From Octopus bimaculoides (lineage: Eukaryota), in NCBI RefSeq assembly GCF_001194135.2, contig NC_068989.1, positions 58,891,082-58,955,081 on the forward strand: 64,000 bases of DNA. The letters run 5' to 3'. Positions 38,517 to 51,533 of this stretch are shown piece after piece; position 1 is the first letter of the stretch, and the number at the start of each line of letters is the position of its first letter. The notes beneath the pieces are model-generated. The model did not search any database. It was not told the DNA's origin and was given only the letters and a program-made list of their open reading frames with translations. Both the position numbers and the translations under genes were made by a program.

Positions 38517-38726
38517 TTCAAATTTTGGCACAAGGCCAACAATTTCAGGGTGGAGCTAAGTCGATTACATTGACCGCTGTGTACAGCTGGTACTTAATTT
38601 ATAGACCCCGAAAATATGAAAAGCAAAGTCAACTTCAGCAGAATTTAAACTCAGAACGTAAAGACAGACGAAATGCTGCTAAACATTTTGTCCGGCGTGT
38701 TAACGATTCTGTCAGCTCACTACCTT
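38517..38726 (-). mobile_element. SINE family A
   Basis: Reverse complement of the family A layout (...AACTCAGAACGTAAAGACAGACGAAAT...CGATTCTGTCAGCTC). Confidence 0.85.
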
Positions 38727-38745
38727 AGTTTTCGAATATATATTG

Positions 38746-38957
38746 CTTTGAAATTTTGGCAAAAGCCAGCAAATTAGGGGGAGGGAGTAAATTGATTACA
38801 TCGACCCTAGTGATTAACTGGTGCTTATTTTATCGGCCCCTAAGGGATAAGAGGCAGAGTTGACCTCGGCGGAATTTGAACTGAGAACGTAAAAATGGGA
38901 GAAATGTCGCTAAGCATTTTGCCCGGAATACTAATGACTATGCCTGCTCGCTGCCTT
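38746..38957 (-). mobile_element. SINE family A, tandem to the previous copy
   Basis: rc family A; flanked by AGTTTTCGAATATATATTG (38727-38745) and AGTTTTACGTATATATATTG (38958-38977). Confidence 0.85.
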
Positions 38958-39539
38958 AGTTTACGTATATATATTGACTCCAAATTTTTTGTGAATTTGA
39001 TGTACACAGTCCCGGTGATTAAGTTGCCGGAATTCAGTTAATACACCTATACTGTGATGGAAACGTTACCTAATGATTCTAAAAAAAAACAAAAAACACT
39101 TAATCAGTAGTCCGTAAAGCAGAGTACAAACATAGGTGCAATTTTCCGCATTATCAATGAAACTTAATCATGATAGATTTTATACTTAGGCCAAAACTTT
39201 CCAAATAATTAACAATTACACCTACTGTAGGAAGAAAAAAACCATTATATAAGTGATCTAATGTTGTCAAGAAAAGCAAGAGAGACAAATCCGAAACTTA
39301 AATTGCTTAAAATTGACTAGATATAAGATTGTGGTCATGCAAGGAGGAGTGGATCAGAAATATTCAGAACGAAGTTCACTCCCAAGTATGGTGGCCTTAT
39401 CCACCATTTTAATTCTATTTGTATCCGTTTTCACTACATAGGAATAAAATTGGTCATTATTTACTTTTTCAGTTGCTTTGTTTACAGTTGTGATTTTGCA
39501 ACCATAAAAAGAAAATGACCTCCTAACTTTAATTATATT

Positions 39540-39746
39540 CTTTTTTACTATAGCCACAAGGCCTGAAATTTGCGGGAGGGCGTTAGTCGATTTCATCGAC
39601 ACCAGTGCGTACTTATTTCATTGACCCTGAAAGGATCAAAGGCAAAGTCGACCTCGGTGGAATTTGAACTCAGAACGTAAGGACAGACGAAGTACCGCTA
39701 ATCATTTCCTCCGGCGTGCTAACGTTTCTGCCAGTTCGCCACCTTA
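39540..39746 (-). mobile_element. SINE family A with 15-bp TSD
   Basis: rc family A; AACTTTAATTATATT at 39525-39539 and 39747-39761. Confidence 0.92.
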
Positions 39747-40189
39747 AACTTTAATTATATTATCTCTAGACTTGTGCTGTGTTTTTCTTTTTCCTGAAAT
39801 TAGTTTTGCTGTTTGGTCAGCTTCCCAATCAATCCATTGTTTCAACTCATTTGCTCACAGCTGACTTTACCATTTTTTTTTTCGCAAGGGTTTTCCACGT
39901 TCTTAAGTAGTGTATGGCAGGCGCTATCGCATGTTTAGTTACAGAAGACTGCGATGCGGCTTCTGATGCCACTTTGGTTGACTTTAAGGAAAATGTCAGA
40001 ATCGTAACAATCTAGTCTGCAGAACTTTGTAATAAGTAAAGAAAAAAAAAGCGTGAAATCTAAGCATCTTTTCCTTTGTAATTCCTTAATTTCAAATTCA
40101 AATTTCTAATCCCGCCGCAGAGAAAGTGATTATCCCCCTTCTAATAGTGGCTATCACGAGGGAACCACATGTGTGTGTGTGTATGTGTG

Positions 40190-40229
<40 letters not shown>

Positions 40230-41096
40230 CGTTGGATTGAGAACTGTTTAGTTTTAGAAAGCTTAAAAGCTAACGTGACAAACAATAAAGTATATTAAGT
40301 TTTGATAAACAACAATTAATTATACAGGAATATAATTACATTGAGAAACGCAATGTATATTCATGTGTCCAGATGGTCGTGCTGAGTAGCCTCACGCTAT
40401 GTCTTGAGTAAGGCAAAGTATACGTTACAAAATGATAGGCGTCGTTTTTTTTTTTTTATCAAAAACAAAAACAAAAAAATCAGTTCAAGATAAACAAACT
40501 AGTAAAGTGAGAGACCAGCAGGATGGCAGGTTTGTGATACGAGTTAATGGTGAGGGGAAACTACAAGAGAAAACTTATTCGGTTAGCAACCACTATTGCT
40601 AATTCTGGCAAACACATGTTTCTCTCTGTAGTAATTCTGATCAAATCCAGCCGTTGTCTAGCCACAATTCTAAAGCAACATGTGTCTCAGGCTACGGTGA
40701 CAAATTCAGGTCTTGCTTCTCCTACTTCTATAATCTTCCTCTCATTTACTAGACACGTGCCAGCAGCCATGCGCAAAGCAAATGACCATTCACGCGTAAT
40801 TGCAACTTGTCAGTTATAATAGAACAATTCTTTAAAGATGTCACTATTGGCCATAAATTCCCTTTCCATCCAAATTCAAAATTTGTCGAAGATAATTCTG
40901 TGAAGTCAACATATGGGAAAGATCAAATACACCGCTTAGAATATTCCTTACGTTCTACAGCCTTGTTCCTGACACGTGTATTAAGAAATAACTAACTTTG
41001 AACTTCTATTGTAATCTGGTAACGATATTATGTTCTTAATTCTTGCTATTTAACACCACCTTAATGTTACGATGACATTTAGTTTGGTGGAGGGTG

Positions 41097-41105
41097 CTGC
41101 TGCTG

Positions 41106-41152
<47 letters not shown>

Positions 41153-41166
41153 GGTGCTGTTGCTGC
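41097..41166. repeat. (GCT)/(ACT)n trinucleotide repeat
   Basis: Direct inspection. Confidence 0.93.
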
Positions 41167-41478
41167 TAAATTATGTAATGATAATACACACAGGCCCACA
41201 AAGAAGACTAATATAAACGTATTGAACTATAGAAAGACCTCTAATGCTCTTTCGGTCTGTGAGTGTATATATCTATCTAATGGTGTTTTGATGATTTGAT
41301 GACTAGCTTTCTTTATTTGCATCAATTCTTGAATATACAATTGTATTGCATAATACTGACTACAGATATTAATGAAAACAGGTTCGCATAATTTCTTGTA
41401 TAATGAAGTTAATACCATATCAAAAAGTTTGCGGAACGGCTGTAATCTGATGAAAGCCATGTGTTATATATATGAAAG

Positions 41479-41544
<66 letters not shown>

Positions 41545-41950
41545 ACACACACACACACTCATAAACAAACACATGCACATACACTTACGCACACACTCAT
41601 GCGCACACAGACACACACTCATGCATACATGTATTGGCGCACATGTTTGTATCCGTTGAAGGTCGCTGGATTCAAAAGTTGGTGGGTTGATGATGTGGGT
41701 TGCATTGGTTTACATGTTACTGATGGTGGGCCGGTCTTGTTTGTGGTATGGTGGTTATATTGTTCTTGCTAATTGTATTGTTGTAGCTGTTTAGTGTCAA
41801 GTTAATCCTCGTAGACCTAAGATCAAAGACAGTTCATTCAACTTCTAAAATACTCTAGGATATCACATGATATGTTTGTATTCGAAATGGATTTGCTTAA
41901 CTCCATACTATGTTGCGCTGTCGGTCGTTCTGTTGGTGTTAATGATAGAA

Positions 41951-41999
<49 letters not shown>

Positions 42000-43384
42000 T
42001 GTACATACATACACGTACACAAACACATAATCGCATTATGCACATTATATATACATGTGTGTATCGTGATGATTGTCTTTCAAATCGTAAACTAGATACA
42101 TTGATCTAAGCGAAAACGCAAATGGCCACTGAGTTAAGAAAATGTAGTTTTAAATTGTTAACAAATAAAAGACACGAGTACAAACAGTGTAATATAAAAA
42201 TTCATATACATGCACACAAGACAAACATACATGTTTAACATATAGATTCAAAATGTTGAGCAAAGAAAGATAATCAATGCTGTCTTTGTGGTACTTGAAA
42301 TAACTTATTGATGTGTGGTTGTTTAAATAGCATGTAACATGCTAACGGAGTTGACATAAACACTATTTTGTATTAAAATACGAAATCATTAATTAATTAG
42401 AGCAGACAGGGAAAAACTGATGCTAATTTTGAAATCAACGCTTAAGAAAGACCCAAGAACATGTCTAACTTTTAAGCATTAAAATGTGTGTTGGACAGTG
42501 TAATAGCCTATATTGTAGATAATATCAAAGGATTTATATGCCAGACGATATCAAATATCCTCCTGATAAATATAAAAAGAATTATCAGGAGCATTTAGTT
42601 TTTATGAAATTATCATTTGTTTCGTTAGTATTATGGTAGAGCATTTTACCATGTTTTCTGGGCTTCCTGCATTGTAGCTAGTAGCTTTAGTGACAGGTTT
42701 TCTCAAGGGGATCAATTTTTTCGAGATTGCTATTCAAGAAAAGTCTGTTCGTCTTCACCTGACTGATTTCATACTCGAATATGCATAAATATATTCTGCT
42801 TTATTCCCCTGGTGCTACTCCGAATACCACAATTTTTCATAATCCTCTGCAAATTTCATTAGGGGTGATGCTTCTTTAACCTCCACTGAAAATTAGAGGC
42901 ATTATTCCGTAGGTGCCAACTTTCTAAGCAAATCTAGCCTTTTAAATTGTTGTAATATGATTTTCACTACTTCAAGTTGAAAACATCGTACCAGACATAT
43001 ACAAAGTGATTCTATCAATTAATATTCTCTGACAGAATAATTATGAACTTGAACTGATGTCTCAAATCATTAATTTTTAAAGTCTGTATATTATAAATTA
43101 GTTCTTAAAATGAGATTTACTGTTCTTTGTAATAAATCAGAGTCTGTATTTTTGGAATCATTTATCTCCATCTTTTAACCATTTTTATAACTATTGTTTA
43201 ATTCATTTAACAAACATTCGTTTTCAATTCAGTCACATGGTACAAAATTTAGAAGAACAAAAACAGAAATAATTTGTTGAAATTGCTTTACCAAACAAAT
43301 GTGCACGATAGGAACATAGAAATACCCTTTATTTTAGGGAAGAGAATTAGAGTAAGAGACATTCATCCATTTTCAAACGCTATT

Positions 43385-43555
43385 ACCACATGTTGTATGT
43401 CTAACCCACATGTCATTGTAAATATCCAGATATGTTATACATCTAGACCAAATATTATGTGATATATCTGACTACATATTGACATGTAGGCCACATGTTA
43501 TGTAACTAGAGGACATCTTATATGTCTAGACCACATAGTATATATCTAGATTATG
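43385..43555. repeat. Degenerate minisatellite, period about 20 bp (consensus near CCACATGTTATATGTCTAGA)
   Basis: About 8 units, e.g. ccacatgttgtatgtctaac, ccacatgttatgtaactaga, ggacatcttatatgtctaga, ccacatagtatatatctaga. Confidence 0.7.
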
Positions 43556-44850
43556 TGATGCTACCAAATAGTCCAATTTCCCTTGCAGTGTACACCCTTG
43601 TTACAACAGTAACAAGATTTAAAAAATTAAAATCCAGTTTTTTTTTTCACTGAATACCTGCAAATATAAACCCGATTTTTTCTTTTCTGCATTCATATAA
43701 TTGTTTTTAAAAGCGCGATGGGTAACAGAATCGTTGGAATGTCAGACTAAGTTCCTTACGTATTGATAACGTTTTTTACTCGCTGTGTTCAAAACCCACA
43801 TTTGAATTATTAAGGCTCATTAAATTAAATATAGCTGCATAAAAAGACAAAGAGGTATAATGCTAGATAAGAGCGAGTTTACAAAGAAACAATGAATAGT
43901 AGCTGAAAAAGAAAATTGTGAAGGTAGCTATGAGAAGTGTAAGAGCGTTGAAATCAGATGAAACAGTGTATATGATAATGTGACATGAAACTTGCGTTTA
44001 AGACAGTGTCAAAAATAGAAAATATGGATATAGATAAGTAGTAGTAAATCTCTTGAGACTTATTGTCTTGCTTCAATACTTTAGGAATAAGTTGCATGGA
44101 AAAGTAAGGTAGAGTGAATCCTAAAATCTTTCAGAACAGAAACCAGGGACATTTCTCTCAATATATGCCACATACTGAGAAAATATATGTTGCTTTTCAG
44201 AATTTTGACATCATTATACATTTCGAAATCAACCCAATCGATCATTTCAGGACAGCTACATGTATTGGTTGTACTAGTGTGAATATAATATGTAATATGC
44301 ATTGTATTTATTTCCGTTTCTATTTTACATATTTCAACGCTATGTATCGCTGAAAGTGTAAATATTGCCAAAAAAGCTGGTATGTTTGGAAGAAAGTCGC
44401 TTCGAGAATTTGTTTTGTAGGACTTATACTAACATTTTATAGGTTCAGTGATTGGTCCGAGACAAACCTAGTTAATGACGCAATAGTTCACTGTTTGTGA
44501 TATTATTTGCTTTAATGGCTTCAGAGGCTGTACTATAAGATACATGTACAAATTGCCACTCAGTGGTATCCAAATGAGAACCAGTTATTGGAAACTACAC
44601 TATCATAGCTATATCGAAATTATATGACAATTCATTTGATGTACCTGTTAAAATATTCTGGGGTATTTATCATTCACAATGGTCTAATCCTATCTGTTGA
44701 TATACTCGAAAAGATTTTAACCGAAAAAAAAAAAAAAAAAGAGAGAAACTGCAATCAATAAATAAAGTGAATGGAAATCTGAAAGGACGCGGCGTTACTC
44801 TCATATAATCCATTAAAATAAGTATATATAAACAAGCGTCTCTTAATATT

Positions 44851-45068
44851 TATTTCTTTATTGCCCACAGAGGGCAAACAAGGACAGACAAAGGGATTAA
44901 GTTGATTATATCGATCCTAGTGAGTAACTGGAACTTATTTAATCGACCCCGAAAAGAGGGATGGCAGAGGCAACCTCGGCGGAATTTGAACTCAGAACGT
45001 AACGGCAGGCGAAATGTCGCTAAGTATTTCGCCCGGCGGACTAACGATTCTGCCAGCTCGCCGCTTTA
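44851..45068 (-). mobile_element. SINE family A, alternative-tail subfamily, 17-bp TSD
   Basis: rc family A head and core; different 3' part (CTTTATTGCCCACAGAGGG...GGACAGACAAAGGGATT); AAGCGTCT(C/A)TTAATATT at 44834-44850 and 45069-45085. Confidence 0.88.
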
Positions 45069-45308
45069 AAGCGTCTATTAATATTAAAGTAGAAAATATT
45101 AATCTAATTTTATTAACTTTAGAGTAATAAATACAATCACTTGCAATATTTCAAAAATATCCTTATGACAATATGATGATAGAGTATACAAGATTGTGGG
45201 GACATAAACAAAACACCAGCTGTCAAGCGGTGGTGGAGGACAGACAAAAACACAAAGACGCATACACATAGATGGATACACTCAGATGCAGGCACACGCG
45301 CGCGCGCG

Positions 45309-45358
<50 letters not shown>

Positions 45359-46595
45359 TGCTTTGTGTGAAATTAGCCACACTAGGTATTTTCATCAACT
45401 TGTGATGAGGATCATCTGTGGATTATCGCGACTAAATTCCTGACTGTATATATTTATGTGTAAGCCCCCTCCCCTCTGTTAGTACATAGTTAATTATTTG
45501 TAACTCGTCACTCTTATACAGTTATGCAAATGAGTTTGTGTTTCATACAACTTTATGTAGTTCTTTTGGGGCGGGGTGATGGGCGACCTATGAAGAATTG
45601 TAAAGTCAGCGACACCGACGGGTTTGATTCCTATTTCAAATAACTGAAGAGGCCCACGTGGACCTAGTTATACAACGAGGTCAGTCATGAAGATATGCAT
45701 TTATACGTGTGTGTGTTTGTGTGTGTGCGTGTGAGTGTGAGTGAGAGAGAGAGAGAGAGAGAGAGTGTGTGTGAGAGAGTGAGTGAATAACTAATCCAAC
45801 TATTATGTAGAAAGACCTATCAATCGAGACAATAGAGATATGTGTTTCAACTTAGGTCATTAAGTGACACTTTTCGATTGATATCACATATACTTAATTT
45901 TATTGCGGGCAATATCATTAGAGCTGGGATAAACGATTTTCTCTTCTTGGTTTGGTTTAGAGAAAGGCGTACTTTTGTTTTTGGAAGATTCTTCAAGACC
46001 TGTAGAATTGACATTATTTTTGCTTCTCTTTTCATGAACAGATGCAGTTCTAGTGTTTATATTATCCTTGCAAAATGTAAATAATCGTTGCATTTTGCAA
46101 ACCTCGTGTTTCCAAAACAAAGCAGCATTTTTTAAACCTATTGCAGACACTTGAAAAATAGTTGAAGTTTGTTGGTTCCATACTTAACTGCTCCACACAA
46201 AAACATTTACATTTGAAATATACATCAACTCGTCACTTTGTGATTTGTTATTTCTGTCTTGTCTGTACCTGTCTGTTTATGTAACTTATGAAATATTTAT
46301 TGTTATTGAATCCATTTTATCTTCACAACTCAATGCATTTTCCCCGACATATATGAAATTCATTCTCTTCTGTAGGCTCTCGACAGAGATAAGTTACACA
46401 AATCCTCAAACCACAGACTCACACACACAAATATATAAATGTGTGTGCGTGCGTGTAGAGGTTCATATGTGTGTACCTAAGAAAAAGTGTAGGACTTATT
46501 ATTGAGAATGAAAGTAATATGACATGTAATGTAAATGCATATTTATTAAGATATTCCAAATACATCAGTCGTAGTTACGTCTAATGAGAAGGGAT

Positions 46596-46631
46596 GATCA
46601 CGTGCACAACAATATTGTTATGCACGTGATC
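46596..46631. other. 36-bp near-perfect palindrome containing two CACGTG E-boxes
   Basis: GATCACGTGCACAACAATATTGTTATGCACGTGATC equals its reverse complement except for one C/A pair. Confidence 0.9.
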
Positions 46632-48124
46632 GAAGGGGAAGAAACTGAATCTGTTTACTACCTAGATATCTATACACTCACCAAATGGCGGTGTTTGCTC
46701 AGTATAATTTTATTTTATGATCCCTCATTTCCTTCTACATTGAAAGTTTCTCAGTATTCAGTAACCAGAATGTAATGTTATAAATATTTTAGCAATATAA
46801 ATTTATTCTTTATCGATTTGAATTTTGTAATTGTTAGAGCAAGTTTCTTGTGAAACATATAATGCACATAAAACATATATTACATGACATTATTCACTTC
46901 ATCTCATTTTAATGAGATATCGCTCGCAGTTGAAATGTTTTTATTAATTTAGATGTCACGGAAGGTTTTATTGATTTAAAATAAATCTACACAATAAAAA
47001 CAAATCCCCGTTGCAGTTGTGAATGACATAAGGTCTTGCAATATGTTTCAAGATGCCATCTGTTTAAAAAATGTAAGGCTCTGAATAAAAACTTGATATG
47101 GCAGCCGACAGAAAGGATGTCACGGAGTCATGATAAGCTTCTTAGAAAGTGTTTTCGGGAAAATAATATTGCTTGATACAGTTTAACTGCAGTTTGATTG
47201 TAATTAGATGGCTTTTCTTAGAATAACTGATATTGAAGGAATATATTTTGGGAATCTTATGTACAAGCTTCCTGTTTGAATAAGAACTTTCTCAATGAAT
47301 AACATAATGTCCTTCAAATAGTTCATTTAATGAATTTCACTCATATTTGCGTCTGAAAAATACACACACATATACATGCACAGATACATGCACACATGCA
47401 TGCATACATATATGCGCGCACACACATACTTTGTATTAACTCATAAAGAAGATATTTTATAAAAGGGAAAAGTATATTTTTGTTTGTCGAAGTGATAAGT
47501 AAATTTTCTCTCTAAAGTTATTTTCCCTAACCTGGCCTTTACGTAACTCAAATATCTGAAAGTCCAGTATTACTCTGAGAGAGCGTCGTTCATGCAGTCG
47601 CTTCCGCCTCCCATTTAACTGCTTTCTCGCTAATTGTTTCAGGGGTGATATAAAAATGTTTTATAAATGGTGGGATATGAAAGAGAAACATTCTTGCTGT
47701 TCCTGAACTGAAATATCAACTCCAGTAATCGTTAATTCTAGTAATATTAAGTATACGAGAGTCGATTTTTATTATTTATGCCCTTTCGTTCTTTTACAGG
47801 TTTCTGTTATTGGTCTGCGGCTGTGCTGGATCATAACATTCAGGGGTTTTAGCAATTTATATCGTCCCACAAATTTAGTCCTTATTTCATATATCTTGCG
47901 AAACACAAAATGCAAAGTGGTTATTAACCCAGTGGGAGATAACTCGTCCGGCATATATGTTGCATAATGTTTCTATTCGAATGTAGCGGTTTTCGTTTAC
48001 TCTACGTCATTAAATGCATACATGTGTGTTTGAGTGGGTGCATGCGTGTGTATATTCATACATATACATATACATACAAATATACATTATATACAAGTGT
48101 ATGTGTATACGCACGCACACACAA

Positions 48125-48202
<78 letters not shown>

Positions 48203-48744
48203 ATGACATTGACATCATTCTTTGGATTTGTTGCGAACAATTCTTTCTCATGTTACTGGAGAATCGCAAACAATTTAGGAGCTACTTAACCAGCTGCTCA
48301 CACAACAGTTCATACCATCTGACAACTATATTCATTCATTTCTACAGCTTTTATCACTTCACAATGTTTCTCTGTTTCCGGATAAGATACAACTTTTGCG
48401 ACGTTTTTTAAAAATTTTTTTGGTAACGCTACTAAATTTCCTGTCTTTATATTTCGTGATTTTCTATCACGCATGTAAATGATTAGATCAATGATAATCC
48501 ACAAATAAAACACCATACCTGCCAAGAGATTTTGAAAAGGAGTTGTGCCCCATACAGCCTCACAAAGACAATGCGTATGGGATCTTTTCTGTTACTGTCA
48601 CAGCTTTTGAAATTTTAAATTTAAATGAGAAATTTCAAATTTGGTATATTGATGTAATTTTTCACGCTGAATCTGATTTCGTTATTCACTTGTTGAAGAC
48701 AAATTTCAGAAGAATGTTACAGAGGTTTAAAGTTTGATAATTTT

Positions 48745-49110
48745 GCCGACTTTACTCGTCATCCCTCCTGGGTCGATAACATAAAGTGCCAGCTAAATTC
48801 TGAAGTCGATGGTACAAACGAACCCCTTTCATTCAAAACTGATGACCTTCTTTTCAAATTAGAAACCACCACCATCGCCACCACCAACGCGAGATCGTGT
48901 TTGAATTCATAGATCGGGTGGTGTGTTATGTTCTTGAGCAAAACACTTCATCGCGCGTAGTTTTGCAATCAGTTCGATACCTGCCACAGCGATTTGATGG
49001 AGAGAGTGAGCTAATGTACAGCACATTCGATCACTATAAACAAATCATTTGTGCAGGTCGCTCAGCAAAATAAAACCAAAATACAAAAAATCTGAACATT
49101 CCTACATCGT
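48745..49110 (+). mobile_element. Adjacent SINE fragments (family A core, then a CORE-like SINE)
   Basis: GCCGACTTTACTCGTCATCCCTCCTGGGTCGATAA..AAAGTGCCAG (A core), then GTTTGAATTC..GATCGGG..GTGTTATGTTCTTGAGCAAAACACTTCAT (B-box plus CORE-like block). Confidence 0.6.
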
Positions 49111-49317
49111 CTTCGGCGGGTGAGTTTATTATTATTATTATTATTGAGTGAGAGAGCAGTGCATGCCATCAAAGTGACACTGGGGTAAAATATACGAAGC
49201 CCATTATACCCATCATGACTACTCGTCTGATAAGGGTATACCCAGACTGCACAAGCTTTTTCCGTATGATGTCAGTTCAGTTTTCCATCCCACCAGGAAA
49301 CACGTTACATTCCCCGT

Positions 49318-49318
49318 A

Positions 49319-49400
<82 letters not shown>
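49318..49400. repeat. (ATT)n, the likely (TAA)n tail/target of the adjacent non-LTR element
   Basis: Uninterrupted ATT run directly abutting the 3' end of the minus-strand R4/Dong element. Confidence 0.95.
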
Positions 49401-49401
<1 letters not shown>

Positions 49402-51040
49402 CCGTGACGCTTTTGCTCTGGCAGATGTTATACCTGTACTATACGAAAAGAGCGAGCCATATCCAATGGCCAAACATCCTTTCTGTCATTCCTTCTCATT
49501 CAGCTTTCTAACACCCTCTTCGGAATCCTTACTGATGCTAACAAGGCTGTTTACTGCAGCAGTCCCATCTTTGACGGCAATTCCTAGCTTGTCAAGCCAT
49601 GCATCCAACTATTTACTAACTGCGCCCCGTGCGTCAACCATAATCGGCACCAATTCTATGTGTCTGATTCTACATAATATCCTGATATCCCTCTTTAGAT
49701 TCCGATATTTCTCAACTTTTTCACTTTCCTTCTTATTCACCTTGTGGTCACTCCTTGTGGTCCACAATAATTGTTTTGTTCTTCTTCCTTTCTACAACAA
49801 CATCAGGTTTTCTAGCCACGATGTGATGAACACGTCCCACAAGATATCATATTGTTCGCTTCCAGCAACCCTTTCCGGTTGGTGCTCATATCGTTTTTCA
49901 CATCTACTCATGTCATACATATGACAGAGCTTCCTGTGAACCAATGCGGCAATGCTGTTGTGCCTTCTCTTGTACTCTTTCTGTGTATGCATCTTTCATT
50001 CACTAATAATGTGGTTTATTATTTTTACCTTTCACACCATGCAACCTACAAAGTGGTGATGTCACTGACTTGTCGATATAGTTCATTCTCCGTGCTTGTT
50101 CTTGGTCTGCGAAAATAAGGGCTTCAATTTTAACTTTCAAATCGCTTTTTCTTGTTCATTCCTAGATCAACTGTTTCAGGCATTTCCTGCTGGAATTGAC
50201 CATACATATTTTTTCCATTTCCATCTATTCAAGGTGTCATTCTGACTGCCTTGTTTAAATTCCCCCATTTCCTTTGCCTGATCACTTACTTAGGGCTTTC
50301 ACCTTTCTTACTCCTACCATCAATCTCTCCTTTATATTCTTTACATACCATTCCATATTATTTTCTTCAGACTTAACACATGTTTCACAGCTAATGATAC
50401 CTCTTCCTCCTCTCTGTTGTGATAGATACCTGTCCAAGCCACTTTTAGTGTGTTGAGTTCCCTGTAGTGTCATCATTTTCTTGGTCTTTCTATCAAGCTC
50501 CTTAAGTTCATCACTTATCCTCTCTGTCATAGCGCTATACCTTAGAGCTGCAACGGCCCATGTGTTGACAGCCAGTATTTTATTCATACCACTTAACTTT
50601 GTCTTTAACACGAATTTCAGTCACAGTTTATTTTCCTTTGATGACAGCTCTTTCATTTGGTCTGTTTCAAGGATGCTTAAGTAACTATATCCGTTGCCGT
50701 CAATTTCCTCCATAACTTGCCTATCTGGTAATATAATTCCTTCTATCTTATCAATTCTACATCGCTTCAGTAGTAGTACTCCACACTTTTTTTATGCCAA
50801 AGACCGTTCCTATGTCCGTACTGAATGTATGAACTGTCTGTACGAGGGAATCAATCTGTTCATGGGATTTCCCAAAGAGTTTTATGCCATCCATGAACAG
50901 TAGATGATTTATCGCGTCCTTCCTGCTCGTAACTAGCCTTTGCCCTTCTCAACATTAATTAAAGTAGAACAATACATAGTACAAACAGCAAAGTTGGAAG
51001 ACTGTCTCCCTGAAATATTCCTCTCTTGATGTTCACAACT
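49401..51040 (-). mobile_element. 5'-truncated R4/Dong-clade non-LTR retrotransposon (RT C-half, CCHC knuckle, restriction-like endonuclease), decayed
   Basis: Minus-strand motifs in order: VNIKRGIFQGDSL, INHLLFMDGIKLFGKS, LKTKLSGMNKILAVNTWAVAALRYSA, ELKELDRKTKK, RGGRGIISCETCV, ALIFADQEQA, SPLCRL, EYKRRHNSIAALVH, ILWD, ARKPDVVV, ESEKVEKYRNL, LVPIMV; stops and frameshifts present. Confidence 0.92.
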
Positions 51041-51076
51041 CATTATCATCATTATTATTATTACTAACCCCTCCAA

Positions 51077-51235
51077 GGAGGCGAGCTGACAGAATTGTTA
51101 GCACGCTGGATGAAATGCATAGCGGTATTTCTCTCGTCGCTACATTCTGAGTTTAAATTCCGCCGAGGTCGACTTTGGCTTTCATCCTTTCAGGGTCGAT
51201 AAATTAAGTACTAGTGAAACACCGGTGTCGATGTT
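51077..51235 (+). mobile_element. SINE family A
   Basis: GGAGGCGAGCTGACAGAATTGTTAGCACG...CCGCCGAGGTCGACTTTG...CATCCTTTCAGGGTCGATAAATTAAGTAC. Confidence 0.87.
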
Positions 51236-51405
51236 ATTTTTATAACGTGCTTTCACTTCACTACCGAGCGCAGTTCTGTGCGCCTTGGATATATGCTGTG
51301 GTTTGCTGTGGTGCTCTTATGTTTACTGTATTGAAAGTGTTTTGCGTAGAATGTGTGCAGTACCCAGTAGTGCAATTTTCTGTATGTTATATATATTTGT
51401 AAGTC

Positions 51406-51406
<1 letters not shown>

Positions 51407-51487
<81 letters not shown>

Positions 51488-51533
51488 GTTATTATTATTA
51501 TTATCATCATTATTATTAATGTTATTGTTGTTA
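51407..51533. repeat. (ATT)n trinucleotide repeat
   Basis: Direct inspection. Confidence 0.96.

Noticed and set aside
45842-46150. Three overlapping ORFs (80, 62, 88 aa) and a minus-strand acceptor near 46070
   Set aside because: No motif, and the phase is not compatible with the 58630 exon; left unresolved.
47770-47965. Very strong plus-strand acceptor (ccctttcgttcttttacag) and following 55-codon frame
   Set aside because: CTTTTAC..GTTTC.GT.ATT.G.CTGCGGC..TGCTGGA is the reverse complement of the family B SINE tail, which explains the pyrimidine tract.
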